Part shown: positions 47,677 to 61,385 of the stretch, in pieces
How the letters are laid out: each line of letters begins with the position of its first letter
Position numbering within the stretch: the stretch's first letter is position 1
From: Sedimentisphaerales bacterium
GTDB lineage: Bacteria > Planctomycetota > Phycisphaerae > Sedimentisphaerales > SM23-30
Assembly: GCA_963663965.2 (NCBI GenBank)
Contig: CAXXFK010000031.1
Location: 32,001 to 96,000 of the forward strand
Length of the DNA: 64,000 bases
Direction of reading: 5' to 3'
Translations under genes and position numbers: made by a program
The notes under the pieces: generated by a model
What the model was told of the DNA's origin: nothing
The model's database searches: none
The model's input: the letters and a program-made list of their open reading frames with translations, nothing else

Positions 47677-49476
47677 TTATTCATCCGAACTATCTAGTAT
47701 ACTCATAAAAGCCTCTTGCGGAATATTTACAGAGCCTACGCTTTTCATTCTCTTTTTTCCTTCCTTCTGTTTTTTAAGAACCTTCATTTTTCGAGTGACA
47801 TCCCCCCCATAAAGTTTTGCCGTTACATCCTTTCTGAAGGCTTTAATTGTTTCCCGGGCAATTATTTTGCCCCCAATCGCAACCTGTAAAGGGATTTCGA
47901 ATTGATGTCTTGGAATACTGCGTCTGAGCCTGATGAGCATTCTCCTGCCGCGGTGTTCCGCATTGCTACGGTGAATAATCATTGATAATGCGTCAACCGC
48001 AACGCCATTGACAAGGAAATCAATTTTAACCAGGTTGCTTTTTTCGAATCCCAGTAATTCATAATCCATGGTCGCATAACCATGGCTGACCCCTTTAAGT
48101 AAATCATAAAAGTCATAAACAATTTCAGCCAGAGGAGCTTTGAATTCCAGCATAACCCGGGTAGTACTAAGATAATCGGTTTTTACGAGTTCGCAACGAC
48201 GTTCATCCGCCAGTTTCATAATCCCGCCGATTGTATCGGTAGGTGTTATAATTTCCAGTCGGACAAAAGGTTCGCGCAGTTCTTCGATATGGTTAGGGTC
48301 CGGTAACTGACTGGGAGAGTCCACACGTTGAACCTCCCCATCGGTGGTTACCACGTCGTAACTAACTGTCGGGGCGGTTTGAATCACTTCAATATCATTT
48401 TCCCTCTCCAATCGTTCCTGAATGATCTCCATATGAAGTAGCCCAAGAAAACCGCATCGGAAACCAAATCCTAAAGCCGGCGAATTTTGAGGAACAAAAC
48501 TGAAACTCGAGTCGTTTAATTGTAATTTATCAAAAGCAGCACGCAACTTATTATAGTCGGTATTGTTACCGGGATAAAAATCGGAAAAAACCATTTGGAC
48601 AGGTTTTTTGTATCCATGTAAGGGCTGGGAAGCCGGATGATTGGCATCAGTAATCGTGTCTCCCACGGTTACATCAGCCAATGTTTTGATACTGGCAATC
48701 AAATAGCCAACCTCACCCGCCGCCAATTCATTGACCGGAATCATCTTTGGAGAGAACTTGCCTAATTCTGTGACGATGTAGTCTCTTCCTGCCGCCATCA
48801 TACGAATTTTCTGGCCGGTTTTTATATGTCCATCAATTACACGAATATAACAAATGACGCCTCGGTATTCATCAAAATGACTATCAAAGACCAGAGCACG
48901 GGTTGAAGCCCCTGGGGTTGTTTTGGGAGGTGGCAAAAAGGTTAAAATCGCATCCAGCAGTTCTTCAATACCTATGCCTGACTTGGCGCTTACCAGAAAA
49001 CATTCCTGTTTTTTGATTCCTAACACATGTTCGATTTCTTCAGCTACGACATCGGGTTGGGCGGCGGGTAAATCAATTTTATTAATTACCGGAAGAATCT
49101 CCAACCCAGATTCCACCGCAAGATACGCATTGGCAACGGTTTGTGCTTCAACCCCCTGGGTGGCGTCGACAACCAGAAGCGCTCCTTCACACGCAGCCAT
49201 TGATCGCGATACTTCATAATGAAAATCAACGTGGCCAGGAGTATCGATCAGATTGAGCATGTATTCAACACCGTCGCGTTTGCATACCATGGTAACGGCA
49301 GACGCTTTGATCGTAATGCCTCTTTCCCGCTCGATATCCATGTCGTCGAGTAATTGTTCCTTCATTTCCCTGTCGCTTATAGCGCCCGTTTTTTGTAAAA
49401 TCCGGTCAGCTAATGTGCTTTTACCATGATCGATATGAGCTATAATTGAAAAATTGCGAATATTCTGGATATCCAT
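47677..49476 (-). CDS. lepA: Elongation factor 4
   Basis: IRNFSIIAHIDHGKSTLADR, GFRCGFLGLLHM, RKDVTAKLYGGD. Confidence 0.98.
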   Translation of the reverse strand: MDIQNIRNFSIIAHIDHGKSTLADRILQKTGAISDREMKEQLLDDMDIERERGITIKASAVTMVCKRDGVEYMLNLIDTPGHVDFHYEVSRSMAACEGALLVVDATQGVEAQTVANAYLAVESGLEILPVINKIDLPAAQPDVVAEEIEHVLGIKKQECFLVSAKSGIGIEELLDAILTFLPPPKTTPGASTRALVFDSHFDEYRGVICYIRVIDGHIKTGQKIRMMAAGRDYIVTELGKFSPKMIPVNELAAGEVGYLIASIKTLADVTVGDTITDANHPASQPLHGYKKPVQMVFSDFYPGNNTDYNKLRAAFDKLQLNDSSFSFVPQNSPALGFGFRCGFLGLLHMEIIQERLERENDIEVIQTAPTVSYDVVTTDGEVQRVDSPSQLPDPNHIEELREPFVRLEIITPTDTIGGIMKLADERRCELVKTDYLSTTRVMLEFKAPLAEIVYDFYDLLKGVSHGYATMDYELLGFEKSNLVKIDFLVNGVAVDALSMIIHRSNAEHRGRRMLIRLRRSIPRHQFEIPLQVAIGGKIIARETIKAFRKDVTAKLYGGDVTRKMKVLKKQKEGKKRMKSVGSVNIPQEAFMSILDSSDE

Positions 49477-49861
49477 AGAAACGTAAATATCTCCAATAAT
49501 TTTATAAACCTGTTACATTTATTATCGTAACATCGAATGTCCCATGTTATACAGGCGTGTACTTTCAGTTTTTGGCGATCTTTATCTTAAGCCAATCAGC
49601 CAATTTCCGAATATTATTTTGAATCCCATATATTACCGTAAGTCTATAAAAAAAAAATAAAAATCTTGTTTTATACCCAATGGGCATAAAAATTCCTGAT
49701 CGCTCGCAAGATAAGTATTTCCCCGTGTAGAACTTATATCGCGGTCCAGCGGGCATTTACATTCGTAATCAGTAAACAATTGAATATTCCACACCTGAAT
49801 GCTTTTTTGATCCGTTGTGGATTACCCATATTTTGAGACCATTACACACAATGGAGTTACT

Positions 49862-50314
49862 ATGATACGCAAAGCCAAACTGAACGATGTTCCTCAGATT
49901 CGTGAATTGATCAACTCTCACGCCGAGCGGGAACGAATGCTATTTCGTTCATTATCAGATCTTTATGAAAATATTCGTGATTTTTTTGTCTGTGAAGTTG
50001 ACAATAAAGTGGTCGGTTGTGGCGGGTTGCAAACCATATGGGCCGATCTGGCCGAATTGAAATCTTTAGCAGTTCATAACGATTATCAAGGCCGGGGAAT
50101 CGGTAAACAACTGGTACAGGCTATTTTAACTGAGGCTCGCGAGTTGGGGTTGCCCAAAGTATTCACTTTAACCCTGGAAGAAACGTTTTTCTTGAAGACC
50201 GGATTCAAAACAGTCTCAATGGATACCCTTCCCATGAAAGTCTGGTCTGAATGTATTCGTTGTCCGAAGCAGGCCCATTGCGATGAAATCGCAATGACTT
50301 ACGAACTTGTTTAA
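49862..50314 (+). CDS. GNAT N-acetyltransferase, short ArgA-like (N-acetylglutamate synthase)
   Basis: GGAG RBS; LYENIRDF, LAELKSLAV, QGRGIG, LPMKVWSECIRCPK..CDE. Confidence 0.8.
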   Translation: MIRKAKLNDVPQIRELINSHAERERMLFRSLSDLYENIRDFFVCEVDNKVVGCGGLQTIWADLAELKSLAVHNDYQGRGIGKQLVQAILTEARELGLPKVFTLTLEETFFLKTGFKTVSMDTLPMKVWSECIRCPKQAHCDEIAMTYELV

Positions 50315-50604
50315 AAAAAAGTTATCAACTCGTTGATAAATATAGAGTTATATTGTGATAGAATGATTTTGGGTTCGTTTAGTTTCGATAGTTTATACCG
50401 GCTAATCGACGTTGGGCTCTGGATTGATATGCCTTTTAAAAGAATAATCGCACATTTGGGCTGCCCTATAAAGAATGATAATGATTCATTATAACAAATC
50501 ATTGATATAGAAACGGTGTGTCATTAGATGATTTGCATTAAGGTTTTTTTGCCGATTATCTGGACACAAACCAGATAAATTTTAAATATTTGATATAAAC
50601 TCAC

Positions 50605-50633
50605 TTGACGTGTTTCATGCTAATGTGTAAATT
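50605..50633 (+). promoter_or_regulatory. Putative sigma70 promoter of the atp operon
   Basis: TTGACG-17 nt-TAAATT. Confidence 0.5.
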
Positions 50634-50750
50634 GTTCGCTTTGTTTGCTTTTTGCAGACAGATTTTCCGCCTGCTTACAATCCTGAATAACAATCAGCCT
50701 CGCCCGGAAAATAATGTCCGGACCATGATTTAACTGGAAAATAGTACGCC

Positions 50751-51038
50751 TTGGTAAAATCCGATCTAAAACCGGACCCTGAGTCCAAGCCCCCCCCATT
50801 GCTGGATAAATATTCACGACGTTGGCTGGGGTACGGAATCGAGTTTGGCGGTGTAATTGGATTATTTACCTGGGCCGGCTATCGTGCCGATGATTATTTT
50901 GGAACAATGCCCTGGTTAACGATTACCGGAATGCTATTTGCGTTTATCGGAATGATCTACTTGCTATACAAGGAAATCAGTTCCGATCCGAATTATAAAT
51001 CCGGTTCAAGCCGTGGCAGCAACAATAACCAGGAATAG
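50751..51038 (+). CDS. AtpZ/AtpQ-family small membrane protein
   Basis: GIEFGG..GYRADDYFGTMPW..G motif; two TMs; first gene of the atp operon. Confidence 0.75.
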   Translation: MVKSDLKPDPESKPPPLLDKYSRRWLGYGIEFGGVIGLFTWAGYRADDYFGTMPWLTITGMLFAFIGMIYLLYKEISSDPNYKSGSSRGSNNNQE

Positions 51039-51043
51039 TTACC

Positions 51044-51505
51044 ATGTTAGTCAGATATTCGCTGGCGTCAACGGCCATGATCATTGTTCTTACAGCGCTT
51101 TTTGCTATAGGTTCATGGTATCTGGCTGAATCGCCAGAACATCATCTGGTTAATATTATTATGGCTGCTATTATTAGTGTTTTTGCGACCATAGCAGGAT
51201 TTATACCCATGGCGACTGTGTTGCCTGACAGTAAAATTGACAAGTTGATTATGGCCTGTTTCAGTGGCATGGCAATACGAATGCTATTGACCTTAATAGC
51301 GATTATTATCGTATATTTTCTGGTTATTGACCATGACGATATCACCTGCTTTGCCTTGTGGAATACGGCATTTTACTTATGCGTTCTTGTCTGGGAAACG
51401 GCAGCAGTAGTTCTGATAATCCAAGAGGATTGCCAAAGAGAGAGTAGTCAAATTAAAAGTAAAGAGTTTAATGTTTCTCAGAAATCTGCCCATACTTGCG
51501 TCTGA
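51044..51505 (+). CDS. AtpI-like 4-TM membrane protein
   Basis: Four hydrophobic helices, conserved-looking Arg (GMAIRML), position immediately before atpB. Confidence 0.6.
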   Translation: MLVRYSLASTAMIIVLTALFAIGSWYLAESPEHHLVNIIMAAIISVFATIAGFIPMATVLPDSKIDKLIMACFSGMAIRMLLTLIAIIIVYFLVIDHDDITCFALWNTAFYLCVLVWETAAVVLIIQEDCQRESSQIKSKEFNVSQKSAHTCV

Positions 51506-52271
51506 TGATCCACTGGAACATGTCGTGCAACATGATTTGTTCACGGTTCACATTGGTCAAGGTTTCGCCTTTTCGAATCATATGCTAATGGTATTATTAG
51601 CATCACTAATTCTGGTTGTCGTATTTCCTTTAGTATTACGACGCAAATCAACCGTTCCATCCGGCCTGGCCAACTTCATTGAGAGTATCTGCGTTTATTT
51701 GCGCGAGGAAATGGTATATCCGGCCCTGGGAGAACAGACGGATCGTTTTGTCAAGTATATCTGGACCTTGTTCTTTTTTATCCTGACCTGCAATCTGCTG
51801 GGTCTGATGCCTCTTGACAGCATTGTCTTTGTCATTACCCGCAAATCATTCATTGGCGGAACGGCAACGGCGAATATCTGGATCACTGCAAGCCTGGCGA
51901 TCGTCTCCTTTCTGGTAACGCACGTTACTGGAATTATACATCAGGGTCCGATCCATTACCTCAAGAACTTCATCCCGCCGGTTCCCTGGCCCATGATTCC
52001 GTTCATGTATGTGCTGGAAATCATGGGCGCCATTATCAAGCCATTTTCGCTGGCGATCCGGTTATTTGCCAATATGCTGGCCGGCCACACTGTGCTGGGC
52101 GCCCTTATTATGATTGCGATGGCTTCGCACAATTATGGCGTGACTGCAATGACCTTACTCAGTTGTGCCGCGTTTTCTTTGCTGGAATTATTTGTAGCCT
52201 TTTTACAAGCGTATATATTCGCATTTTTGACCACGATTTACATAGCAAGCGCAATTCATCCTGAACATTAA
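51471..52271 (+). CDS. atpB: F0 subunit a
   Basis: NLLGLMP, TATANI, KPFSLAIRLFANMLAGH, LQAYIF. Confidence 0.96.
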   Translation: MFLRNLPILASDDPLEHVVQHDLFTVHIGQGFAFSNHMLMVLLASLILVVVFPLVLRRKSTVPSGLANFIESICVYLREEMVYPALGEQTDRFVKYIWTLFFFILTCNLLGLMPLDSIVFVITRKSFIGGTATANIWITASLAIVSFLVTHVTGIIHQGPIHYLKNFIPPVPWPMIPFMYVLEIMGAIIKPFSLAIRLFANMLAGHTVLGALIMIAMASHNYGVTAMTLLSCAAFSLLELFVAFLQAYIFAFLTTIYIASAIHPEH

Positions 52272-52275
52272 ATAA

Positions 52276-52602
<327 letters not shown>

Positions 52603-52619
52603 CCGGAAAAACACCCTAT

Positions 52620-53225
52620 ATGAAACCGCATATTCATTCCAAATATATCTTTGGGGCGGCAACGTTTGTGTTGCTGGCGGGTCAGGTGTGTTGTTTGGCC
52701 AGCGGCGCTGATGAAACCGGCGGCGACTCCGATATTTTTGCCGGCGGGTTATTTACCGCCCTGTTCAATATCGTTCTATTTCTTGTAGTGCTGGCGGTAC
52801 TGGGGAAATGGGCGTGGCAGCCTTTGTTAAACAGTTTACAAAAACGTGAAGATTACATCAAACGTTCGCTGGAAGAGGCAGATCAGGCCAAAGAACAGGC
52901 GGAACGTTCCTTAAAATCGTACGAAAGCAAGCTCAAGCTGGCCAATGAGGAAACCCGCCGCATTCTGGAAAAAAGCAAACAGGACGCGCATCAGGCGGCT
53001 GAGGCAATTATTCAGGAAGCCAAGGCTTATGCTGATGAAATCCGGCGTCAAACCAAAGCCGACATCGACCATGCCCGTGAAATGGCTCTGAAAGAAGTAT
53101 ACCATCATGTTGCCACCCTGGCAACGGATCTGGCCGGCCAGATTATTCATAAAAAACTCGATCTCGAAGAGCAAAAGCAACTTATTCAGGCTTCTTTAGA
53201 TCTTTACGAAAAACGACGAAACTGA
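52620..53225 (+). CDS. atpF: F0 subunit b (with an N-terminal extension)
   Basis: FLVVLAVLGKWAWQPL..L.KRE..I, followed by a coiled coil. Confidence 0.92.
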   Translation: MKPHIHSKYIFGAATFVLLAGQVCCLASGADETGGDSDIFAGGLFTALFNIVLFLVVLAVLGKWAWQPLLNSLQKREDYIKRSLEEADQAKEQAERSLKSYESKLKLANEETRRILEKSKQDAHQAAEAIIQEAKAYADEIRRQTKADIDHAREMALKEVYHHVATLATDLAGQIIHKKLDLEEQKQLIQASLDLYEKRRN

Positions 53226-53257
53226 ACGATCCATTCGATTGAACCGGAGAAATTTAA

Positions 53258-53845
53258 TTGCCTGCGTCGAACCAGACATCCATCACCATGACATACGCCA
53301 TCGCATTATTCGAACTTGCCGAAGAACGCCAAGCGCTGGATGCTGTGCTGGAAGATATTCAGGGATTGAAAAGTCTGGAAACGGATTATTCCGATTATCT
53401 ACGCTTTCTCGATTCACCTTCGATTAGCATCCATAACAAGGAAATCTCTCTAGAGCGCGTATTCTCTCAATTTGTTCATCCGATGACCCTGCAATTTTTA
53501 AAAGTGGTCTGTCGCAAGGGACGTATTGCCTCTTTGCCGGGCATTTTAAACGATTTTGAGACACTCAATCGTGGTAAACATGGCGTCATAATGGGCAAAT
53601 TAACTACGGCCATCGAATTGAGCGACGAGGAACTGAGACAAATAGCAGATCGTATCGGACAATATGCTGGCAAAATGGTTGAACTGGAGCATCGAATCGA
53701 TCCGGATCTGATCGGGGGTATGACCCTGGAAATCGAAGGGACTCGAATCGATGGTTCCGTCAAGAACCAACTCAAACGCTTCACCCATTATATCGTTAAT
53801 CAGATGCAGGGCCAGACCGATCTGGCCGAACGCTTTACCTTATAG
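53258..53845 (+). CDS. atpH: F1 subunit delta
   Basis: [28 protein letters not shown] start after GGAG. Confidence 0.92.
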   Translation: MPASNQTSITMTYAIALFELAEERQALDAVLEDIQGLKSLETDYSDYLRFLDSPSISIHNKEISLERVFSQFVHPMTLQFLKVVCRKGRIASLPGILNDFETLNRGKHGVIMGKLTTAIELSDEELRQIADRIGQYAGKMVELEHRIDPDLIGGMTLEIEGTRIDGSVKNQLKRFTHYIVNQMQGQTDLAERFTL

Positions 53846-53865
53846 TAAATTCTGAGGCTTCTTTC

Positions 53866-55374
53866 ATGAAATTCAAGATAGATGAAATAGCCAGTGTGAT
53901 CAAACAGGAAATCGCCCAGTTTGAAGAACAACTGGATATTTCCGAGACTGGTCGCGTTCTGGAAGTAGGCGATGGTATCGCCCGGATTTACGGATTGAAA
54001 AATGCCATGGCCAGTGAGATGCTGCTTTTTGAAAATGGCATCTACGGACAGGTTTTCAACCTGGAAGAAGATTCCATCGGTGCTATTATTTTTGGGGATT
54101 ATCTGAAAATAAAAGAGGGCGACAGTGTGCGAACCACTGGCGAATTATTGGAAGTACCGGTAGGACCCGAACTTCTGGGCCGAGTAGTCAACCCCTTAGG
54201 CCAACCGATAGATGGTGGTCCTGCTATTAAGACACCCCGTACCCGTCCAGTAGAAATGATAGCCCCGGGGATTTCTGGTCGTCAACCAGTTACCCAGCCT
54301 TTACAAACCGGAATCAAAGCGATCGACGGAATGATTCCAATAGGCCGGGGGCAAAGAGAGTTGATTATTGGAGACCGTAAAACCGGTAAAACCGCGATTG
54401 CTATCGATACGATCATCAATCAGAAAAACTCAGGCGTCATTTGTGTCTATGTGGCCATAGGCCAGAAGGAATCGACGGTCGCCGGTGTAGTTGAAACATT
54501 GCGTAAACATGGCGCAATGGATTATACTATTGTCGTATCGGCCTCAGCGGCGAATTCCGCGCCTCTGCAATATATCGCACCCTATTCGGGCGTGACCATG
54601 GCAGAATATTTCATGTATGAAGAGCATAAAGACACCTTGTGTGTTTATGACGATTTGTCAAAACAGGCCCAGGCTTACCGTCAGGTCTCTTTGTTAATGC
54701 GTCGTCCACCCGGTCGCGAGGCGTATCCCGGTGATGTTTTTTATCTGCATAGCCGTCTGCTGGAACGAGCCGTCAAGCTTAACGATGATTTGGGCGGCGG
54801 TTCACTGACCGCCCTTCCCATTGTTGAAACGCTGGAGGGTGAAGTGTCCGCGTATATTCCGACGAATGTGATTTCGATTACCGACGGCCAGATCTATTTG
54901 CGTCCGGACCTGTTTTTTGCCGGGGTGCGGCCGGCAATTGATGTCGGTATCAGTGTGAGCCGGGTGGGTGGCAAAGCCCAGGTGAAAGCGTTGAAAAAAA
55001 TTGCTGGTATGTTACGATTGGACCTGGCATCGTTTCGTGAGTTGGAGGCATTTGCCCAACTGGGGACCGATCTCGATAAAGCCACTCAGGCCCAGATTAA
55101 TCGGGGTTATCGTATTGTCGAGTTGCTAAAACAGCCTCAGTATCAACCCATGGATGCCTTCGATCAGGTTATCAGTATTTTTGCCGGTGTCAATGGCTTG
55201 CTTGATGATGTAGCGGTCGAAGCAATTCGAAGATTCGAAACGGATATGCATGCCCACCTGAAGGAGAATCATGCTGACATACTCACCCGGATCCGGACAC
55301 AAGATGACATCGATGCCGAGACCAAGGATAAGCTGATCAAAGCCATTGTGGCATTCAAGAAAACCTTTAAATAA
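53866..55374 (+). CDS. atpA: F1 subunit alpha
   Basis: [36 protein letters not shown]. Confidence 0.98.
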   Translation: MKFKIDEIASVIKQEIAQFEEQLDISETGRVLEVGDGIARIYGLKNAMASEMLLFENGIYGQVFNLEEDSIGAIIFGDYLKIKEGDSVRTTGELLEVPVGPELLGRVVNPLGQPIDGGPAIKTPRTRPVEMIAPGISGRQPVTQPLQTGIKAIDGMIPIGRGQRELIIGDRKTGKTAIAIDTIINQKNSGVICVYVAIGQKESTVAGVVETLRKHGAMDYTIVVSASAANSAPLQYIAPYSGVTMAEYFMYEEHKDTLCVYDDLSKQAQAYRQVSLLMRRPPGREAYPGDVFYLHSRLLERAVKLNDDLGGGSLTALPIVETLEGEVSAYIPTNVISITDGQIYLRPDLFFAGVRPAIDVGISVSRVGGKAQVKALKKIAGMLRLDLASFRELEAFAQLGTDLDKATQAQINRGYRIVELLKQPQYQPMDAFDQVISIFAGVNGLLDDVAVEAIRRFETDMHAHLKENHADILTRIRTQDDIDAETKDKLIKAIVAFKKTFK

Positions 55375-55375
55375 T

Positions 55376-56242
55376 ATGGCCAATACCCGAAAAATCGTTA
55401 AGCGACGGAAAACCGTCAATAATATCTGCAAGATCACCAAGACCATGGAGATGATTGCCACTTCACGGTTCAAGAAAGCCAGCAATCGGGCCAGTTCCAA
55501 TCGGTTATATACCGAACAATTGGAGCATCTCTATGGCATTTTGATACGTCATGCCAGTGAGATTGACCATCCATTGCTTCAGGAGAATTCGGACCTGTTA
55601 CCCACCATCGTCCTGGTAGTATCCAGCAACCGTGGCTTGTGCGGCGGTTATAATGGGAATCTGCTTAAAGAGGCCGCCCGCCAGATCAACTTATTGCGGT
55701 ACGAAAGCCATACGATTGATTTACATGTATCGGGTAAAAAAGGGATTAATTTTTTCAAATTTAAAAATGAACCCATCAACCGCGCTTATACCGAATATGA
55801 CTACCAGACCACCTGGCATGATATTAACAAAATTGCCAGTGATTATGTCGAACAATACCAGGCGGGTGAAATTCGCGGCGTGAAGGTCGTTTATACCCGT
55901 TTTGTGTCTTCCGCTCGATTTACCCCTGAGATAATTTCTCTGCTACCTGTTGTACCGGAAGAAATTGCCGGAAATACACCAACCGGTGATTATCTTTTTG
56001 CCCCCAATCCACAGGAAATCGCCGATGAGTTGATTCCGGCTTCAGTGAGCACCCGTCTCTTTCAATGTTTCGCTGATTCCATTGCCAGCGAGCAGGTCGC
56101 CCGCATGCGTTCCATGAAGGCGGCAACCGATAATGCCGGCCAGATGATACAGGATCTGACCGCGACCTACAACCGTTTGCGTCAGGGACAGATCACCGGA
56201 GAATTGCTGGATATCATCGGGGGCGTGGAAGCCATCAAATAA
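55376..56242 (+). CDS. atpG: F1 subunit gamma
   Basis: KITKTMEMIA, RGLCGGYN, SEQVARM..ATDNA, RQGQITGEL; start at ATG 55376. Confidence 0.96.
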   Translation: MANTRKIVKRRKTVNNICKITKTMEMIATSRFKKASNRASSNRLYTEQLEHLYGILIRHASEIDHPLLQENSDLLPTIVLVVSSNRGLCGGYNGNLLKEAARQINLLRYESHTIDLHVSGKKGINFFKFKNEPINRAYTEYDYQTTWHDINKIASDYVEQYQAGEIRGVKVVYTRFVSSARFTPEIISLLPVVPEEIAGNTPTGDYLFAPNPQEIADELIPASVSTRLFQCFADSIASEQVARMRSMKAATDNAGQMIQDLTATYNRLRQGQITGELLDIIGGVEAIK

Positions 56243-56246
56243 TTAA

Positions 56247-58120
<1,874 letters not shown>

Positions 58121-58125
58121 CGGGT

Positions 58126-58284
58126 TTATTCCAATATTTTAAACAGCCAGGAAATCAGCCAGGAAATGGCAATAAACACCATAAATAACATCAGCCAGAT
58201 CCACATATGGCATTTATCCGTTTTTTCGCCACTTTGACAGTTACTGTCGCATTTATTGTTATTGGGATTACATCCACAAGCCAT
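58126..58284 (-). CDS. 52-aa Cys-rich single-pass membrane peptide
   Basis: GAGG RBS, 7 nt after the oppF stop; MACGCNPNNNKCDSNCQSGEKTDKCH followed by a TM helix. Confidence 0.6.
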   Translation of the reverse strand: MACGCNPNNNKCDSNCQSGEKTDKCHMWIWLMLFMVFIAISWLISWLFKILE

Positions 58285-58291
58285 TATAGCC

Positions 58292-59269
58292 TCATTTCGT
58301 TTCCCAACAGGCTGCCAGATGATCCGCCTGGTCACCCTTGGGAGTCAGTTCAGGTTTTTTTATGGTACACCGTTCGGTTTTCATAAAACAGCGCGGATGG
58401 AACGGGCATCCGGCCGGCGTATTCACCGGACTGGGACTTTCGCCGGAAAGAACGATACGTTTTCTTTCCCGATCAGGGCAGGGTTGAGGAATCGCCGAAA
58501 GTAATGCCATCGTATAGGGATGTTTGGGGTCCCCATAAAGGTCTTTGGCGCGGGCATACTCAACGATGCGCCCAAGATACATGACCGCGACATAATCGCT
58601 GATATATTCCACAACGGCCAGATCGTGAGCGATAAACAGGTAGGTCAGGCCAAGTTGCTGTTGAAGTTCCTGCAAAAGATTTATAATCTGTGATTGAATA
58701 GAGACGTCCAGGGCGCTGACCGGTTCATCACAGACGATGAATCTGGGATTAAGGGCCAGAGCCCGGGCGATACCAATTCGCTGGCGCTGACCACCGGAAA
58801 ATTCATGAGGGTAACGCCCGGCATGTTGTGGCGACAAACCGACCTGATGCAGCAGTTCATTAATCCGTTCCCGGAGTTTACGCCCCCGGGCCATGCGATG
58901 CACCTGCATCGCTTCGCCAATGATCCTATCGACAGTCATCCGCGGATTTAATGATCCATAAGGATCCTGAAAAATCAGTTGCATTTCCCGCCGTAATTTT
59001 CGCATCGATCCGGTTGATTGACGGAAAACATTCCGATTATCAAAATACACAGCACCTTGAGTTGCCGGGATCAGACGCAGGATTGATTTGCCAACGGTTG
59101 TCTTACCGCAGCCCGTTTCGCCGACCAGGCCTAATGTCTGGCCGCGTTTAATCTGGAATGAAATATCATCGACCGCTTTCAGAAACGGTGTTTCCTTACC
59201 AGCCCGGTTCTTTCTCACGGGAAAGTACGTTTTCAGATGATCCACTTTCAGCAGGATATCATCACTCAT
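58292..59269 (-). CDS. oppF: Oligopeptide/dipeptide ABC ATP-binding protein
   Basis: GETGCGKTT, QDPYGSLNPR, FSGGQRQR, HPYT, GCPFHPRC. Confidence 0.9.
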   Translation of the reverse strand: MSDDILLKVDHLKTYFPVRKNRAGKETPFLKAVDDISFQIKRGQTLGLVGETGCGKTTVGKSILRLIPATQGAVYFDNRNVFRQSTGSMRKLRREMQLIFQDPYGSLNPRMTVDRIIGEAMQVHRMARGRKLRERINELLHQVGLSPQHAGRYPHEFSGGQRQRIGIARALALNPRFIVCDEPVSALDVSIQSQIINLLQELQQQLGLTYLFIAHDLAVVEYISDYVAVMYLGRIVEYARAKDLYGDPKHPYTMALLSAIPQPCPDRERKRIVLSGESPSPVNTPAGCPFHPRCFMKTERCTIKKPELTPKGDQADHLAACWETK

Positions 59270-60303
59270 ACCTCGGTATCTCCAGCCGTCGAGTCATGTG
59301 TTTGAAGATTATTCAGTATGACTTTCGCTTTCCAGCAGGCACACCAATGATCCGGTTCAATCTCAATCATGACCGGTTCCTGAGTTCGGCATTTTAAATC
59401 TTCGGGGGTATAAAACCGGCAACGGGGGTGAAATTTACATCCGGTTGGGAATTGGGCTGGATCGGGAACCACTCCCGGTATTACTTCCAGTCGTTCGCGA
59501 GTTTCACCCAGACGCGGCAACGAATTCAGCAATCCCATCGTATAAGGATGACGAGGTTGGGCAAAAATTTCTTTCACGCTGGTTTTTTCGATGATTTTAG
59601 ACGCATACATGATCGCGACATCATCCGCATTTTCTGCCACGACACCGAGATCGTGAGTGATCAGTAATACGCTCATATGATTTCGTCGCTGCAACTGGCG
59701 AATCAACTCAAGAATTTGCGCCTGGATTGTGACATCCAGCGCCGTTGTCGGTTCGTCAGCAATCAGTAATGTCGGATCACAACTCAAGGCCATGGCAATC
59801 ATAATGCGTTGTCTCATGCCGCCAGAAAGTTGATGGGGGAATTCATCGATACACCGTTGAGGATCGGGGATGCCCACTAGTCGCAACATATCGATCGCAT
59901 GATTTCGAAGTGTCTGGCCTTTTTTTCTTTGGTGCAGATGGACGGTTTCCATGATCTGCTCGCCCACTGTCAGAACCGGATTCAGGCTGGTCATGGGCTC
60001 TTGAAAGATCATTGCAATTTCATTACCGCGAATCGAGCGCATGCGTTTTTCGGTAAAACTAAGCAGGTTTTGACTTCGGAATAGTATTTCACCTTGAACG
60101 ATCCGGCCCGGCGGATCTGGGATCAGGCGCATAATCGATAATGCCGTTACGGTTTTACCACATCCGCTTTCCCCTACCACTGCCAGGGTACGTCCCTGAT
60201 ATATGTCATAACTGACTTCATTGACTGCGGTAATGGTGCACTGGTCGGTAGAAAAATCAACCGAAAGGTTTTTAATGGATAATAAAATATCGTTGTATGC
60301 CAT
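59266..60303 (-). CDS. oppD: Oligopeptide/dipeptide ABC ATP-binding protein
   Basis: [43 protein letters not shown]. Confidence 0.9.
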   Translation of the reverse strand: MAYNDILLSIKNLSVDFSTDQCTITAVNEVSYDIYQGRTLAVVGESGCGKTVTALSIMRLIPDPPGRIVQGEILFRSQNLLSFTEKRMRSIRGNEIAMIFQEPMTSLNPVLTVGEQIMETVHLHQRKKGQTLRNHAIDMLRLVGIPDPQRCIDEFPHQLSGGMRQRIMIAMALSCDPTLLIADEPTTALDVTIQAQILELIRQLQRRNHMSVLLITHDLGVVAENADDVAIMYASKIIEKTSVKEIFAQPRHPYTMGLLNSLPRLGETRERLEVIPGVVPDPAQFPTGCKFHPRCRFYTPEDLKCRTQEPVMIEIEPDHWCACWKAKVILNNLQTHDSTAGDTEV

Positions 60304-60353
60304 AGCGTATATTTATGGTGTCGTTATGTAACAATTGGAAAAGGGAATCATGG

Positions 60354-61382
60354 TCATAGTACTGTTTTAGGATCAAAAGCATCCCGCAATCCATCGCCAA
60401 TAAAATTCAGACATAACAGGGTTAATCCCAGCATGCCACAAGGGAATATTACCATCCACCAGAAACTTTCAACGGTATTGATGGCTTTGACCGCGTCAGA
60501 AGCCAGAGATCCCCATGACGGTATGGGGGCCTGTATCCCAATCCCAAGAAAACTTAAAAAGGATTCCTGAAGAATTGCCTGAGGGACAGTCAGGGTGGCA
60601 TAAACGATGATCGGGCCGGTCAGATTCGGCAAAAGATGCTTTAAAATAATTCGATAAGTTGGTAAGCCCATGGCTCGGGTCGCTTCAATGTAAGGCATTG
60701 ATTTGAGAGATAAAACCTGGCCACGAATGACTCTTGCCATAGTCAGCCAGCTGATGCTGCCTATGGCCATAAAAAGGAGCACTATACTGGCAATTTGATC
60801 GTATCCCGGTCCACAGCGCTGATTGAACCAATCGATTAACCTGGGTTCGAAGGCCATTTTAAGCAGAATGATTGTCAGAATGTAAGGAAGACCATATAAA
60901 ACATCGACAATACGCATCATGAGATTGTCAATACGACCACCATACCATCCTGCTATCGCCCCCCAGCAAGTACCTACGGTCATAGAAATAAAAGCGGCGG
61001 CGATTCCGATACTCAAACTGACCGCCCCCCCCATCAGGCAGCGCCAAAGTATATTACGGCCCAGTAAATCAAAACCAAACGGTGCAAAATTCCTGGCAAA
61101 CGTATTTAAAGAGCTAGATTCAACCAAACCGGTCTGAGAAACCATCGATGCCTTCTCTCCCAGCCATAACGAGGGTCCCTGTCTATTCATGTCCAGATTC
61201 TGTCTCTTATAATAATCCATTTTCCAGGCAACGGGAAGAGTTCCCAGACAGAGACACACGAGCAACACTAGGATCAGACCGCATACAAATGCTTTGCGAT
61301 TTCTGGCAAAGCGGCTCCATGCCAGTTTCCATTCAGAACGTCTGGCGCTTTGGGGTTTGATGATTAACGCAGATTGGGACAC
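60354..61382 (-). CDS. oppC: Oligopeptide ABC permease
   Basis: GFDLLGR, ARVIRGQVLSL, EATRAMG, ESFLSFLG, GDGLRDAFDP. Confidence 0.9.
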   Translation of the reverse strand: MSQSALIIKPQSARRSEWKLAWSRFARNRKAFVCGLILVLLVCLCLGTLPVAWKMDYYKRQNLDMNRQGPSLWLGEKASMVSQTGLVESSSLNTFARNFAPFGFDLLGRNILWRCLMGGAVSLSIGIAAAFISMTVGTCWGAIAGWYGGRIDNLMMRIVDVLYGLPYILTIILLKMAFEPRLIDWFNQRCGPGYDQIASIVLLFMAIGSISWLTMARVIRGQVLSLKSMPYIEATRAMGLPTYRIILKHLLPNLTGPIIVYATLTVPQAILQESFLSFLGIGIQAPIPSWGSLASDAVKAINTVESFWWMVIFPCGMLGLTLLCLNFIGDGLRDAFDPKTVL

Positions 61383-61385
61383 GGT

